The notes below the pieces were generated by a model. That model did not search any database, was not told the origin of the DNA, and was given only the letters and a program-made list of their open reading frames with translations. This document shows positions 13,462 to 25,599 of a stretch of 64,000 bases of DNA, piece after piece. Position 1 is the first letter of the stretch; the number at the start of each line of letters is the position of its first letter. A program made the translations under genes and the position numbers. This DNA comes from Octopus sinensis (Eukaryota): positions 1 through 64,000 of the forward strand of contig NW_021836165.1 of assembly GCF_006345805.1 (NCBI RefSeq), written 5' to 3'.

Positions 13462-14131
13462 TTGACAAATTGTGCTGCCTCCTGGATAAGAGCTTTATAC
13501 TTGTCCAGAAGATCCTATGTCTGCGCTTCGTTTTTGTACAATCCGTTCTATAACGCAGGAAATGCTGTACTGTCAAGGGTGGTTTCCTTGTGTGAAGCTT
13601 TTCCAAGGGAACTAGAAAGGGCTGTCATGGTTGAGTCATTATTCGCCCCTGCACACGTGAATGAGGTGAGCCGGTTCATAGGCCACTGTTTTGAGGTATT
13701 AGATCCGGATCACCTTTGTATATATCAAAAAGGTTTGGGTTTAGTTAAAGCCTCGGCGTTCAGCTCTATTCCCTGCCTGGTTACTTATTTACACCAGTGC
13801 GATCGCTGCAATGATTAAACATCCAAAATTTATGTTTTCTAGATCCATCACTCCGATCCACAAGCTATGGTTAATGGATTTCTCTTCGCAATAATGCATG
13901 AAACATATAGAACAACAGGAGAGACTCCGGCTCTAACTGCACAGGAGTATGCAATTGAAGGGCAATAAATATGACCTCTCTAAGAACGTCCCATCAGAGA
14001 ATCCGAGAAAAAGGCTCACTGATGCGAAATATAAAAACTATTGGCAGATAATTGAAACTGATGAATACAAAAAGGTGGAACAGGATATGGCCAGGGTGAT
14101 TAACCCTTATACTTCTTTGGGTGTGAATTAA
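13462..14131 (+). other. unidentified coding island of higher GC, no obvious micro-introns
   Basis: ORFs 13462-13818 and 13949-14131 are bridged by an open stretch (DPQAMVNGFLFAIMHETYRTTGETPALTAQEYAI); protein-like composition but no family recognised. Confidence 0.35.
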
Positions 14132-14294
14132 GGAGAAGAATGTGGTATCACCCTTACTTAACTCCCCAAAATACGATCATATCAAATCGCGGGTCGGAAA
14201 CCAACGGAAAGAGAAGGCTCGTTGCTTGAGGTTTTTACCAATTATGAGGCTATCTCTCACCCTGACATAACTTTTGCAAGTTCTGAAGGGAAAA

Positions 14295-14940
14295 AATTTA
14301 TATAATAAAAAAGTATCATTCCGAAATTTTCGAAGTTGACGGGATGACCCTTTTCCCATTTGAGAGCGGAAAAGTCCTCGTATGGGATGCAACCTGTTGG
14401 GATACATTCTCTGCTTCACATCTAACCTCGTGTGCTCTAGAGGCTAAATCAGTTCGACTCCCTCGAGCAACCATTTTGTTGTATAGACCTCAAAAATATT
14501 TCTGTACCAGTCTTTTGTTCTTTACAATAAAAAATTCTGTTCTGTTATTTGTCATTTTATAATATTTATCTTGACAAAATAGATTTTGAAATAGAATTCA
14601 AATATTTTTTTTGAATTTTTTTCCAAGTCCGAACGTATAACCACCTAGGCTCGGTACACCCAATGCCTGTGACATAATAATTTATAAAAATAATATAACA
14701 ATTTTAAAAAAAGTCTAAAAAAATATAACAATAATGATTAAAATTTGGTAGAAATTGATCATTTTAGATTTTAGGGCGCTAAAATACAAGATCGCCAAAT
14801 CCGGGAACAAATAAATAAAAGTTTGTCATAAGAATATAAAGAATAGAACTTTCTATCAAATAATAAGGTGAAATTCAATGAATAAAGATAAATGAGAAGA
14901 TTTCAAATAAGCGATATAAACAGATTGAAAGAATAAACTC
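14295..14940 (+). repeat. interspersed composite repeat containing a CRE fragment, copy 1
   Basis: Aligns over ~650 bp with 23480-24150; its 5' part encodes DGMTLFPFESGKVLVWDATCWDTF. Confidence 0.85.
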
Positions 14941-15149
14941 GCAAATATTACAAAATGATGAAATTTCAGATAATTTATTAATTAAAAGAAACTACGTCGC
15001 AAAATATTCCTTCTAATCCAATTAAATAATAAAATAAAGATTGACCAAATAATGTAACAGGACAACAAGGTATGTCAAGAGTGGTCACACGTGCCACAAT
15101 TTATTATGTTTTCTATTAATAATTCGGTAACTAAAAATTAAGATAATTT

Positions 15150-16230
15150 TAATTAATCACTTCCGATATCGTCAAGCACTGTAGGCTTTTCCATAATTTT
15201 AGCGATCAAGTGAGAACAAATGCACAGGCATAGGTTGTCTTCGCCGTAGGGCGATTGGTGGTTCGGCACTTCAGATGTCCTGATGAAAACACCAAGTTTG
15301 TCAGTAATCTTCTTCAGTGTTCGACCATCCTGGTTGCTTAATCGACATCCAAACGCCGTATGCTTCGAGTTTAGGTCTCCGATAAGAAGGCAGTGAGCGG
15401 TATTTGAGAAGAAATCGTTAATCAGACTGGTGCAGGGAGGAAGTTCAGTTTTCACCTCAAGGGAGAGGAATTCACATAGTGTCCCCTCGATGATAGTGAG
15501 GTTACGGACTTGGAGTTTTTCGCAGTAGTAGATGCTCGAGCCAGTCCCAGGCGTAGAGCAGCTACCCCATTCAAGATCCACTAACCGGTAGTTTGGGATC
15601 TGGTAAGAGTCATCTTCCTTGAGCTTCGACTCGTTGACGACAATAATGTCTGGATGGCCGCTGTTCACCATCTCAACGAAGTCGTGATGCTGTCTCTTTA
15701 TAGATCGGGCATTCACAGCGATTATATTGATAGTGGCTATGTTGCTGAATTGCTCCCTTCTAGCAGGAGCTCTTGCAGCATATTCATATCCACTCCAAGT
15801 TTGGTCAGGGCTCCTACTCAACGGCGGAAGAATTCCAGTAGGGCATCTCTGTTGTGTAGGTCCTGATCCAAGTGGGGACCTCTTTATGGCAAAGCTTTGT
15901 CACGGTGGGGTTCTGCCTTTTTATGGGGGACAGTCGAGCGGACCACTTCTGAGTTATGGCACTCATTAGTGTTTGACTTCAAGCTTGTGAGTGTGCTGGG
16001 GGCCGGCGACGTCTGAATAAAGACATATTGGCTTCCAATGGCTTCCAATGGCGGCATGCAATTAACACCTTGCGAATCCACGCCCTTTTCTCATAAATCC
16101 ACGAACGATGCGGTCAGCAGCGCTCTTAAATCCTTTTCGCCTAGCAGCTAGGCAGAGATTGAGGACATACGCCCAAGTCATCTTTGCAGTCTCATTTCTC
16201 ACGCATTAATCCAACAGGCCCTCTGCTCAT
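15150..16230 (-). mobile_element. Jockey/I-group LINE, 5' part (AP endonuclease, degenerate ORF1 upstream)
   Basis: ORF 15153-15821: NARSIK...DIIVVNESKL...LLIGDLNSKHTAFGC...DDIGSD are AP-endonuclease motifs; a decayed Cys/His-rich stretch lies upstream. Confidence 0.8.
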
Positions 16231-16729
16231 GAGGATAATTATATTTTATTAGCATTAGACATTTTCCTTTTCTTTTGATTTGTATTAAGCGGTTCTAACT
16301 TAACCAACAGCTGATAAAGAATAATATTAAACCCGTTTGAATGCCACAGGCTTCGTCAGTCATTTCTCAAGACTGAATTGTTGAGGAAACTTATTTTCTG
16401 ATTCCTCCCTGTCTATACTAAACAGTTTTAGGCTAAAGAACTGGAGGTTCCTGTTGCGATTAAAAGCTGCAAAGGAAGCGAGAAGTGCCATGGTTGAAAC
16501 TTGTTATTTTGCCAAAAAAAGTTGCTAATTATTTATTTTTCTTAATAAACATGAACCTTATTAGTTTTAATTATGTCGCGAGCGCATTGAGCGATCTATC
16601 AATGTCAATGATTTTCAAAAATAAAAATAATCTATTACATCAAAGTTAACTAAGGTCAATTATTGACAATTAATAAATGATAATTAACCATTATTTAAGT
16701 CGTCTTGAATTTTTTTAGTCGCCTTGAAT

Positions 16730-18090
16730 GAACTTACTTAATCGACCCAGCACTATCTGTGACTTTGACAAAATTGTTAGACAATTTCTTGACAATAGTT
16801 ACTGGATCCCCATACGGATGTTCAAATTTTTTTAATCGAAGGGAGAGATTCGTCCCATAATCTTTTTGCACACGGACCTTTAAGTGATTAAAAATAAAAT
16901 ACAATATCTCCAACATCTAACTCATATTTTGATCGATGGATTCCCATCTTCCTATTCATTCTTCTATAATATGAAGACTGCAAATTCATCCTCTCAAAAT
17001 TAAACTGGTACTCATCATCTTTACTAATAAATTAAAATAAAAAACCTTTATTATAAATGTCGGAATTTTCTACAACTTCCAATTCTTCCATATCAAAACT
17101 TTTTGAATTTTCCTGATTCAACAACAGTGTTGAATCCAGGAATACCACGATATCTTTGGAATGGACTAACGCCTAGAAAATAAAAAATGCAATTTACATG
17201 TGGATGAATAAGCTCTCTGATTGTACAAAAACACAGCTTTTCAAATGTGTTTTATCCACTCTTTTTTATCATCCGAAGCCATCAATTTGGATAAACTCCT
17301 TGTGATTGTCTGATTAAATCTTTTAACTATCCCCTGACTCTGGGAATTGTTGGGTTCTCCATGAATTTGAACAATTTTGTACATTTGACAGAGTTTTCTT
17401 ATATGATCATTTCTGAATTCCGCACCATTGTCTGATTGCAAGTATTTACAAAACCCGTGATCCAGAAAAATTTCTTTCAATTTATTGGCAACTTCTCTTC
17501 CACTTTTGTTCAGTAGGTTCCTGATGAATGCATATCTCGAATGGAAGTCAATCACAGTCAACAACTAAGAATATTGATCATTGTCATTTTCAAACCTTGA
17601 GAATAACACAATTTTATACCTTTTTAGGTCAATCATATTAATCTGAAATCTCTCATTCGATACATCCGCAAAAATATGACTTACGTCGTCATATTGTTTC
17701 AGCGGTACTGCAGACTGGCATATATCACAGTCTCTTACCACCTGACGAATAACATCTCTTTTAACAAAACAAAATCGTTTTCCACACAATTCTTCTAGTG
17801 CATTGTGTCCACAATGGTTAGCGTCGTCGATCTCTTCTGGAATTGTCCGCATCTCCTGTGTGTTGGGTGAGGCAATAACAAGTTTGTGATTAGATAAAGA
17901 ATCTTAAAGATAGAACTTTCCGTCGATTAAAACGAATTTTTCCGCCTTCTTTTTTAGTTTGTACTTCCAAGAAGCTGAGATGTTCAGGTCTTATCCTTCG
18001 AGGATAGATTTTATAATGTTGTACTCTTCATTATTTTTTATGAAAACTTTGTTAGGCATCAGAACAACGTGATTAGTAAAATAGTTTAGT
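16730..18090 (-). mobile_element. Ginger-type (KRBA2/SCAND3-like) DDE integrase, frameshifted, copy 1
   Basis: H-x2-H...C-x2-C zinc finger (NHCGHN...CDICQ) and rve core (RFQINMIDL; IDFHSRY; LQSDNGAEF; SQGIVKRFN) in ORFs 17565-17852 and 17241-17564. No RT or LTR nearby. Confidence 0.85.
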
Positions 18091-18687
18091 GAGTTTATCG
18101 TCAAAAAGTATGTTAGGCCAGCAAAAATTTGTGTAAATCCTAAATAAAAGTAAAAACGCATAATAATTATTACCTAAGATTAATCTCTATAAATAAAAAT
18201 AATGATATTATATAAAAATACCAAAATTATTTCGAAACTTAAATTTATCATGACAGATGTTGGCAGCTGTTGACACATTCTGAGTGGAGTGTGCTGTCCC
18301 GAATCTGCACTTTACCACCAAGGGGGACCTGTAAAAGTCGGATCCTCCGTTGTATCGTATGTAATAGTGTCCGGGTTGTTGATGTTTTCATGCGATAAAT
18401 CAGATTTATCAGCTCGGACAGTATCAACAACCCGGATGCAATGACATAGGACATTAATTATTAATTATGCTATTATATAACTACAAAAAATTGCCATTCC
18501 ATCTTATCCTCTGCTGCTAATTAAATACTAAATAACAGATTCCTCAAGAATATTTTGTATTTTTAATACTACAAAAAATCATATCGGAAAAAAGATAAAT
18601 TATACAAATCGTCATTGGAAATGATTAATTAGTTATTAATTTTAATAAAATCCGTTTTTTAAGGTTTAAATAAAGAAGCGTGAAAGT

Positions 18688-20850
18688 ATGCGGATAGTGA
18701 GACTAACTAAAAAAATTCTCAGTTTTATACAAAATATCAAAAAAGAAAATTCAGAAATTGGATTTCCAGATAGCATGATTCGCCTCCACAGGTTCAGAAT
18801 CAAAAAACTATCTGAATCTTTTACATTCGAAAATGGAGTTGTATTCTACAATAGAACTGGTCTAAAATTGCGTTTTTTTCGCAAGGATGAATGGATCTCC
18901 TCTTTTCGACCTATCTCTTTGATCTCAGTGGTTTCAAAAATAACAGAGCGAGTTGTATTGAGCATCATAAACCTTTCCTCCCACTTGCTGAATCTCAACA
19001 TGGCTTTCGTTCTTTGCATTCCACTTCCCCCATCTTTCAAACTGACACAATTCATTGCGGATGGGTTTAACAATTATAAGCCACCTCAAAGAACAATTAT
19101 TGCATCCATCGACATTGAAAAGGCATTTGACAGAACGTCAAGACACGTTCTGTGTAGGAAAATAACCGATACGGAATTCCCCCACCAAATAAAGTCATGG
19201 CTACTCTCTTTTCTCTCTGGGCGTCTTGGTCGCACCACAATCATGTCTTCTTACTCACGCTACAAATACTTGCCTAACGGAGTTCCCCAAGGCTCGGTCC
19301 TTTCACCTGCCTTATTTAACTTACATCTGTCAAATATCCCGACGAACAATAATACTCTACTTCTCTCCTACGCTGATGACTTAATTTTTGCCTCCCGCCA
19401 CCAAAACATAATCACCGCTTCTGGATTTCTGCAGGAACACATGAACACTCTTTCGTCCTGGCTGAAATGCAATCTTCTTCAACCTTCTCCTTCCAAATCA
19501 TCTGTTACGCTATTCACAACTGACCGCCGTCAGTTCAACTTAGAGCCTAAACTATTTCTAGACAACACTCCACTCCCAGTTGAAAAATCCCCCAAAATCT
19601 TGGGTCTGATATTTGATTGCTGTTTGTCCTTCTCGAAACATGTTTCATATATCTGTGGAAAATCCCAGAAAAAACTCAATGTGCTTCGAGCTATTGCGGG
19701 GACTTCATTTGGGCAGGATAAGGAAAGTCTAACAACTGTATACAAGCAGTTTATTAGAACAACTATGAACTACGCCATCCCTGCTTGGGGTTCCTGCTTA
19801 TCTAATACAAACTTGAAAACTTCAGAGAACTCAAAACTCAGCATTACGAATTATTACCGGCTGTCTAAAAACGACACCTACCGACCACCTACATTGGGAA
19901 TCGAAAATCCTTCCAATCAGTGACCATTTTGAAATGCTCGGGCTGCAATTTCTTGACAAATGCCGAACCCTAAATCACCCTGGCTACTTCCTCTGGCACT
20001 CCACTAACAACAGGAGAATAGTTCCGACCCTCGCGGACAAAGTCCGCAAGCTTATACGATCCCCTCCGGACATTAACCAGAAGGGGATTCACGACCTGGT
20101 GGCTATGAGGGCAATCAGATGTCTTGGAATAAACAAGCTTCTGGGACGCCTTCCGCCGCCAATTAATAAGATCGAATCCTCCCTCTCAAGAGAAGCCCGA
20201 GTGAACTTGGCTCGTCTCCGCTGTGGCCACCATACTGGCCTACACGATTATCGCATAAAAATCGGTCTTGGTGAAATAACCCCTTCCTATTCCTCAACGA
20301 CCTTTTCTCCTGTCCAGGCCCGCCTTCTACTTCCTCGGAACACCGGATCACGATCGGGATCTTTGGGAGCGTCCGACATTGGCCCTAACGTTCTTGTTAG
20401 CCACCGGCTTCCTTCAATTGAAGGGGCCGGGGGTAAATAATAAAATAAATAAATAAATTGAAGTAGAATCTTGCAACCTTCATAATTTGGAACAGAATTT
20501 TGCAACCTTTGAGGTTGTATTTTAATTATTTTCTTAATTAGATTTAACCAAAGTATAAAGCGACGGATCTCATCTACTAACGCCATAAATGGATTTTTTG
20601 GAAGATACGTTGCATGTATTAAGAATATTGTTTTCAACTACAACAATACAGTGCACTCGACTACGAAGAAAGTTCATTTTTATCTATTTATGGGAATGGA
20701 AAATCCTGTGAATATTGAAAATGACACAATGGAAAGCCTCCTTTCATATGATGACGACCTCAATGAGGCCCGCAAAGAAGCATACATGAATATAATAAAT
20801 GCTGTATAAAAAATGGTGCAACGAAGAAAGTGGAGATTTGACGAGGGTTC
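18688..20850 (+). mobile_element. Ginger-type integrase, copy 2, split by a LINE insertion
   Basis: N-terminus (MRIVRLTKK...FTFENGVVFY...LRFF) at 18688-~18885. After the LINE tail: LQ-SDN-GTEFCN-like (~20472-20508) and RFNQSIKRR...VFNYNNTVHSTTKK (~20541-20680). The zinc finger and first catalytic D are missing. Confidence 0.65.
18885..20458 (+). mobile_element. 5'-truncated I-group LINE (Ingi/Vingi-like), RT and C-terminal domain
   Basis: FRPISLIS, DIEKAFD, GVPQGSVLSPALFN, YADD, KILGLIFD, NLARLRCGH; (TAAA)n tail at 20434-20458. Clade assignment is from memory of the C-terminal motif. Confidence 0.85.
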
Positions 20851-21139
20851 CATTGAAATTGGAGCCCAGGTACTATTAAGGTTGAAATTCAAATATTTGT
20901 TTGAATTTTTTTCAAAGTCCGAAGGTGTAGCCACCTAGGCTCGGTAACACCCTAGGCCTGTGACATAATATGACTCATCGAACGATTTCTGCAAGTATAG
21001 GAGTCCCAAAATAACTGTATCAGATGTGATTCAGAAATTCAAAAAACTGGATCAAATAAATAACAGACAACTGGATGAAAAAAAATATTGACAGAGGAAG
21101 AAATTGTATATAAAATTATTGCAACTGTAATAAACAGGT

Positions 21140-21780
21140 GGAATGTGCATCTACACTACAACAAATTTGATATAGGAGAGGTTAAGCTATAGAAGGGCAT
21201 ATTACAGGGTGACAGTATGTCTCCGCTGCTGTTCATCTTCTGCCTAAAACCGCTGAGTAGAGTCCTCACAGCCCAATTCGAACAAATGTCAATTGAACAT
21301 GAATGAGAGTGTTTTAAGTACCAACATCTCATGTTCATAGACGACATTAAACTATTCGCTCGGTCTCCAGAGATCCTCCACTCGATGAGCAAAGCCTTGG
21401 AAGGTTTCATGAAGGTCGTGGGGTTGGAGCTCAACTACAACAAGTCGTCGACTAACACCCCTGTATGGGTGATTTAATCAAAGTCTTGGAGGTACACCAA
21501 GGGTATAAGTATCTTGGTGTGGTTGTGAGTCCAGCCTCATTAATCACACCCGAAACAAGAAAGTGTGTAGTGGAGGGTGTGCGTGATAGGGCGGCAATGT
21601 TATGTAAAACTCGCCTCATGCCTTGAACGAGTACGGTATTTCATTGCTAAACTACTAGGTTGGTCTGATCGAAATCGAGACGAGTGAGTACGATGAAATG
21701 GAGCTTATTGTCCTAAGAGTACTCCGAGAGAATCACGTCCACGTGTTAGCAAGCAATAAGGAGAGATTATACTTGGTCCC
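21140..21780 (+). mobile_element. R4/Dong-like non-LTR retrotransposon, RT fragment
   Basis: RGILQGDSMSPLLFIFCL, HLMFIDDIKLF, GLELNYNKS, YKYLGV, HALNEY, SNKERLYL. Confidence 0.85.
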
Positions 21781-22069
21781 TCCATCTTCTGCTCAGCAAT
21801 AAGTATGGGTTGAGGGGGAATTTACTCAGAGTTCTCAGTTAACTCCACACTCATGTAGAACCGCTGCTGGAGATGGAGGGCGACCCTTGAAGGGATGTTG
21901 CCAGTTTTCCATCATACTGGTTCAACGGGGGTAAACGGCGACTGGGCAAGTAGAGAAGTGGTATTTTTTTCATTAAAAAATATCAGATATAATGCAAATT
22001 TAATTCTCAAGATTATAAAGATCAATATTTTACTAAAATGAACAATAAAATACTACAAAAACCAAAATA

Positions 22070-22415
22070 GATATATAGAAATTAAGTTAATTCAAAAAAT
22101 CAATATTAATGGAGATTAATTAATTGATACAATGAAAAAAAATTGCTTGCAAAATAAACTTTAGCCAAGATATTTTACAAGTAGTCAATTTAATTAATCT
22201 TCACAAAAATAAAAAACCAAAAATATTATAAAAATAAAACATCGATTGCAAGAAATGATCAAATAAAAATTAGAAACAGAAATGCACAACAACAAAAGAG
22301 AACAGAATATGACGTGCTAAACACGTGTACAATTTATGAATTTAATTCAATAAGTTAAAAAGATTAAAAAAATAAAATATATTTAAAATTTAATATCTTC
22401 AGTTTGTTTGACATT
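22070..22415 (+). repeat. AT-rich interspersed repeat; empty-site paralogue of the Helitron insertion
   Basis: Aligns with 24179-24224 joined to 30532-30815; reads GATTAA|TTAATTGAT where the filled copy carries the Helitron. Confidence 0.85.
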
Positions 22416-22619
22416 AACAAAAAATATGAATTTAACCAATTAACATCAATGATAACGTCAGGTGTAGAAAAACATACCGACCTTTTTTCCGACAAAAAAG
22501 ACAACAAAATCATATAATTATTACTTTAATTAACTATACAAAAATAGTAATAAAAAAGATTTTCTAATCAAATCCAACTGGATCTTTATATGTAATTTGT
22601 GTAAAATTCCGTAATAGAT

Positions 22620-23460
22620 AGTTTGTGGAAAGACACAGCCCGCTGCTGTTCAACCTTGCGATGAGCAGCTTTCTTCCTTTCCCAATCCGCGGACAACTTT
22701 TCTCTTGTATGCAGATGACGTCCTCATTATGGATATTTCAAAAAGCCCTGCACTCTCCGAGCACCGTCTCTCCAGCTACATCGGAATGATAGAGACCTGG
22801 TGTCAGGGAAACAACTGTCCATTGCTATGGACAAGTCGGCGTACCTTGAAATTAACTCACGGCGCAAACCGAGGCAAGAACCTAAGATTCTCAGAGGACT
22901 TCCCCGCAAAGCCATATTCGCTATCTGGGCTTGACGGTAGACGCTAACTCGGAGTACTTACTGCACGTCACTCAGAAAAGGAAAAAGGCCGTTGCGGCCC
23001 TTCGCTTCCTGAGGGGTATGCATTTGGCCCTGACACTTTTCTGTTGTCTTCGCGCGACGATTCTCCCAAGTCTCTTGTATGGGTTGGAGGCGTGGCACTA
23101 TTCAAACCAATTCGAAAAAATTTTAAAAAAGTATGAGAAAGATCCGACGCTATGCGTTAAAGCTAGCGTACAGATTGGATCTACGCGCGCCGCTACCCAG
23201 CTGGGCAGAGGGGAATTTCCACTATCAAGAATGTCATCCTCGATTCCATCCGAATTTCGTCGGAGTCTCAGGTGTCCGATCTTTTTGTGGATCGTGTCCG
23301 AAACTCATCAGAGAGTGACTCTAATCAAAGGCCGGCTCGTATACTCTCTTAGGACGAATCTCGGTAGAGCTCGACTGTCCTTGCAGTCGTCTCGTTAACC
23401 TCGTCCAACCTTTTCACTAAGTCTCTGATTTGCTTACATAAAAACTTTCCATTCCATTCT
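22620..23460 (+). mobile_element. Jockey/I-group LINE, 3' fragment
   Basis: SPLLFNL...LYADDVLI, ILPSLLYGLEAW, RRYALKLAY; TTCCA-type tail near 23447-23459. Confidence 0.75.
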
Positions 23461-23479
23461 GTATCATGTACCAAAAAAA

Positions 23480-24224
23480 ACATTTATATAATAAAAAAGT
23501 ATCATTCCAAATTTTGTTGAGTAATCCAAAAATATCATTCCGAAATTTTTGTAGTTGACGGGATGTCCCTTTTCCCATTTGAGAGCGGCCTGCTGAGATA
23601 CATTCTCTGCTTCACATCTAACCTCGTGTTTGTCTGGAAGCTAAATCAGTTCGACTCCCTCGAGCAACCATCTTGTTGTATAGACGTCAAAAATATTTCT
23701 GTACCAGTCTTTTGTTATTTACATAAAAAATTCTGTTCTGTTATTTGTCATTTTATAATATTTATGTTGACAAATAGATTTGAAATAGAATTCAAATTAT
23801 TTTTTTGAATTTTCTTCAAGTCAGAAAAGTATAACCACCTAAGTCGGTACACCCAAGGCCTGTGACATAATAATTTATAAAAATAAATAACAATAATTAA
23901 ATTCGTGTTCAGTTTAAAAAAAAGTCTAAAAAATATAACAATAATGATTAAAATTTGGTAGAAATTGATCATTTAGATTTTAGGGCACTAAAATACAAGA
24001 TCGCCAATTCCGGGAACAAATAAATAAAAGTTTGCCATAAGAATATAAAGAATAGAACTTTCTATCAAAAAATAAGGTGAAATTCAATGAATAAAGATAA
24101 ATGAGAAGATTCAAAGAAGCGATTAAACAGATTGAAAGAATAAACTAACAAGATTAGAAACTGACAGGATTGAAAGAATATATAGAAATAAGTTAATTCA
24201 AAAAATCATATTAATGAAGATTAA
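23480..24224 (+). repeat. interspersed composite repeat with CRE fragment, copy 2 (continues at 30532-30829 after the Helitron)
   Basis: Homologous to 14295-14940, with a short third piece at 20890-20970; its distal part matches 22070-22415. Confidence 0.8.
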
Positions 24225-24319
24225 TCTATATAATAAAACACTAAGTTGTGTGTCTGTCTGTCTGTCTGTCCGTGTACACTTATATATCTAAAAAAGGAAA
24301 TGTGTAAGATAAAGAAGAT

Positions 24320-25365
24320 GAATTCAAACTCTTCAAAGAGATCGGTCCCTTAGGAACATGAAATCAATAAAGAGGTTAAATATGATGAGATAATGAAGGT
24401 GATTCGACCTCTTCACGAGATCGGTCCCTTAGGAACATGAAATCAATAAAGAGCTTAAAAAAGATATTCATGAGATAATGAAGGTGATTTGACCTCATGA
24501 TGAGGTCCCCCAAAACCTTCAAGCCAAAAATTAAAAAAAAATTATTTTCTGCGTTTTTTTGTTAAAATGAACAACAAGAAAGTCCTCGACTCACATGATG
24601 AGGTCCCCCAAAACCTTCAGCCAAAAAATTAAAAAAAATTATTTTCAGGTGATTCGACCTCTTCACGAGATCGGTCCCTTAGGAACATTAAATCAATAAA
24701 GAGCTAAATAGGATATCATGAGATAATGAAGGTGATTCGACCTCTTCACGAGATCGGTCCCTTAGGAACATTAAATCATAAAAAGCTTAAATAGGATATT
24801 CATGAGATAATGAAGGTGATTCGACCTCTTCACGAGATCGGTCCCTTAGGAACATTAAATCAATAAAGAGCTAAATAGGATATTTCATGAGATAATGAAG
24901 GTGATTCGACCTCTTCACGAGATCGGTCCTTAGGAACATTAAATCAATAAAGAGCTTAAATAGGATATTTCATGAGATAATGAAGGTGATTCGACCTCTT
25001 CACGAGATCGGTCCCTTAGGAACATTAATCAATAAAGAGCTTAAATAGGATATTTCATGAGATAATGAGGTGATTCGACCTCATAGAGGTCCCCCAAAAC
25101 CTTCAAGTCAAAAAATAAAAAAAATTATTTTCTGCGTTTTTGTTAAAATGAACAAAAGAAAGTCCTCGACTCACATGATGAGGTCCCCCAAAACCTTCAG
25201 CCAAAAAATTAAAAAAAATTATTTTCAGGTGATTCGACCTTTCCACGAGATCGGTCCCTTAGGAACATTAAATCAATAAAGAGCTTAAATAGGATATTCA
25301 TGAGATAATGAAGGTGATTCGACCTCTTCACGAGATCGGTCCCTTAGGAACATTAAATCAATATT
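24320..25365 (+). repeat. higher-order tandem array inside the Helitron 5' region
   Basis: Nine ~83-85 bp A units starting at about 24320, 24401, 24651, 24734, 24818, 24903, 24988, 25231 and 25316, plus two ~160 bp B blocks (24486, 25072); order A-A-B-A-A-A-A-A-B-A-A. Confidence 0.95.
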
Positions 25366-25599
25366 TGGAAATTATAAATGAGCATAAAATAACTAATACT
25401 AGCTTACTAAATTTTGCAATATGCGCTAATAGTATGGAATTAGAAAGCTTGCACCAAAGCCATAAAAACAAATATCAAAAAATTTCTGAGAACAGGAATG
25501 AAAAATAGTGATTTAACAAAAATTGATAAAGTAAATCACAACTTGACAAAGGTAATAAAAATTTTAATCTATTTTAATAGATATTTGAACAAAGAAAAG

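Noticed and set aside
13462-14131. Specific assignment to phlebovirus nucleoprotein (LSRV, HPxF, RVINP words)
   Set aside because: Motif spacing is about twice that in phlebovirus N as I recall it; short word matches are insufficient.
14452-14461. GTTCGACTCC (also at 23649) as a tRNA T-loop or SINE B-box
   Set aside because: No flanking T-stem, cloverleaf or A-box; it lies within a duplicated CRE-derived segment.
16570-18260. Terminal inverted repeats and TSD for Ginger copy 1 (TGTCGCGA ... TCATGACA)
   Set aside because: Only a weak 4-6 bp match and no matching flanking duplication.
15150-23460. One Jockey-like element split by an inversion (5' part 15150-16230 minus, 3' part 22620-23460 plus)
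   Set aside because: The pieces point away from each other, most of the RT is missing, and no shared TSD or breakpoint is visible; treated as separate fragments.
24320-25365. CRISPR-like array
   Set aside because: Whole units are repeated with no unique spacers, no cas genes are present, and the array lies inside a eukaryotic Helitron.
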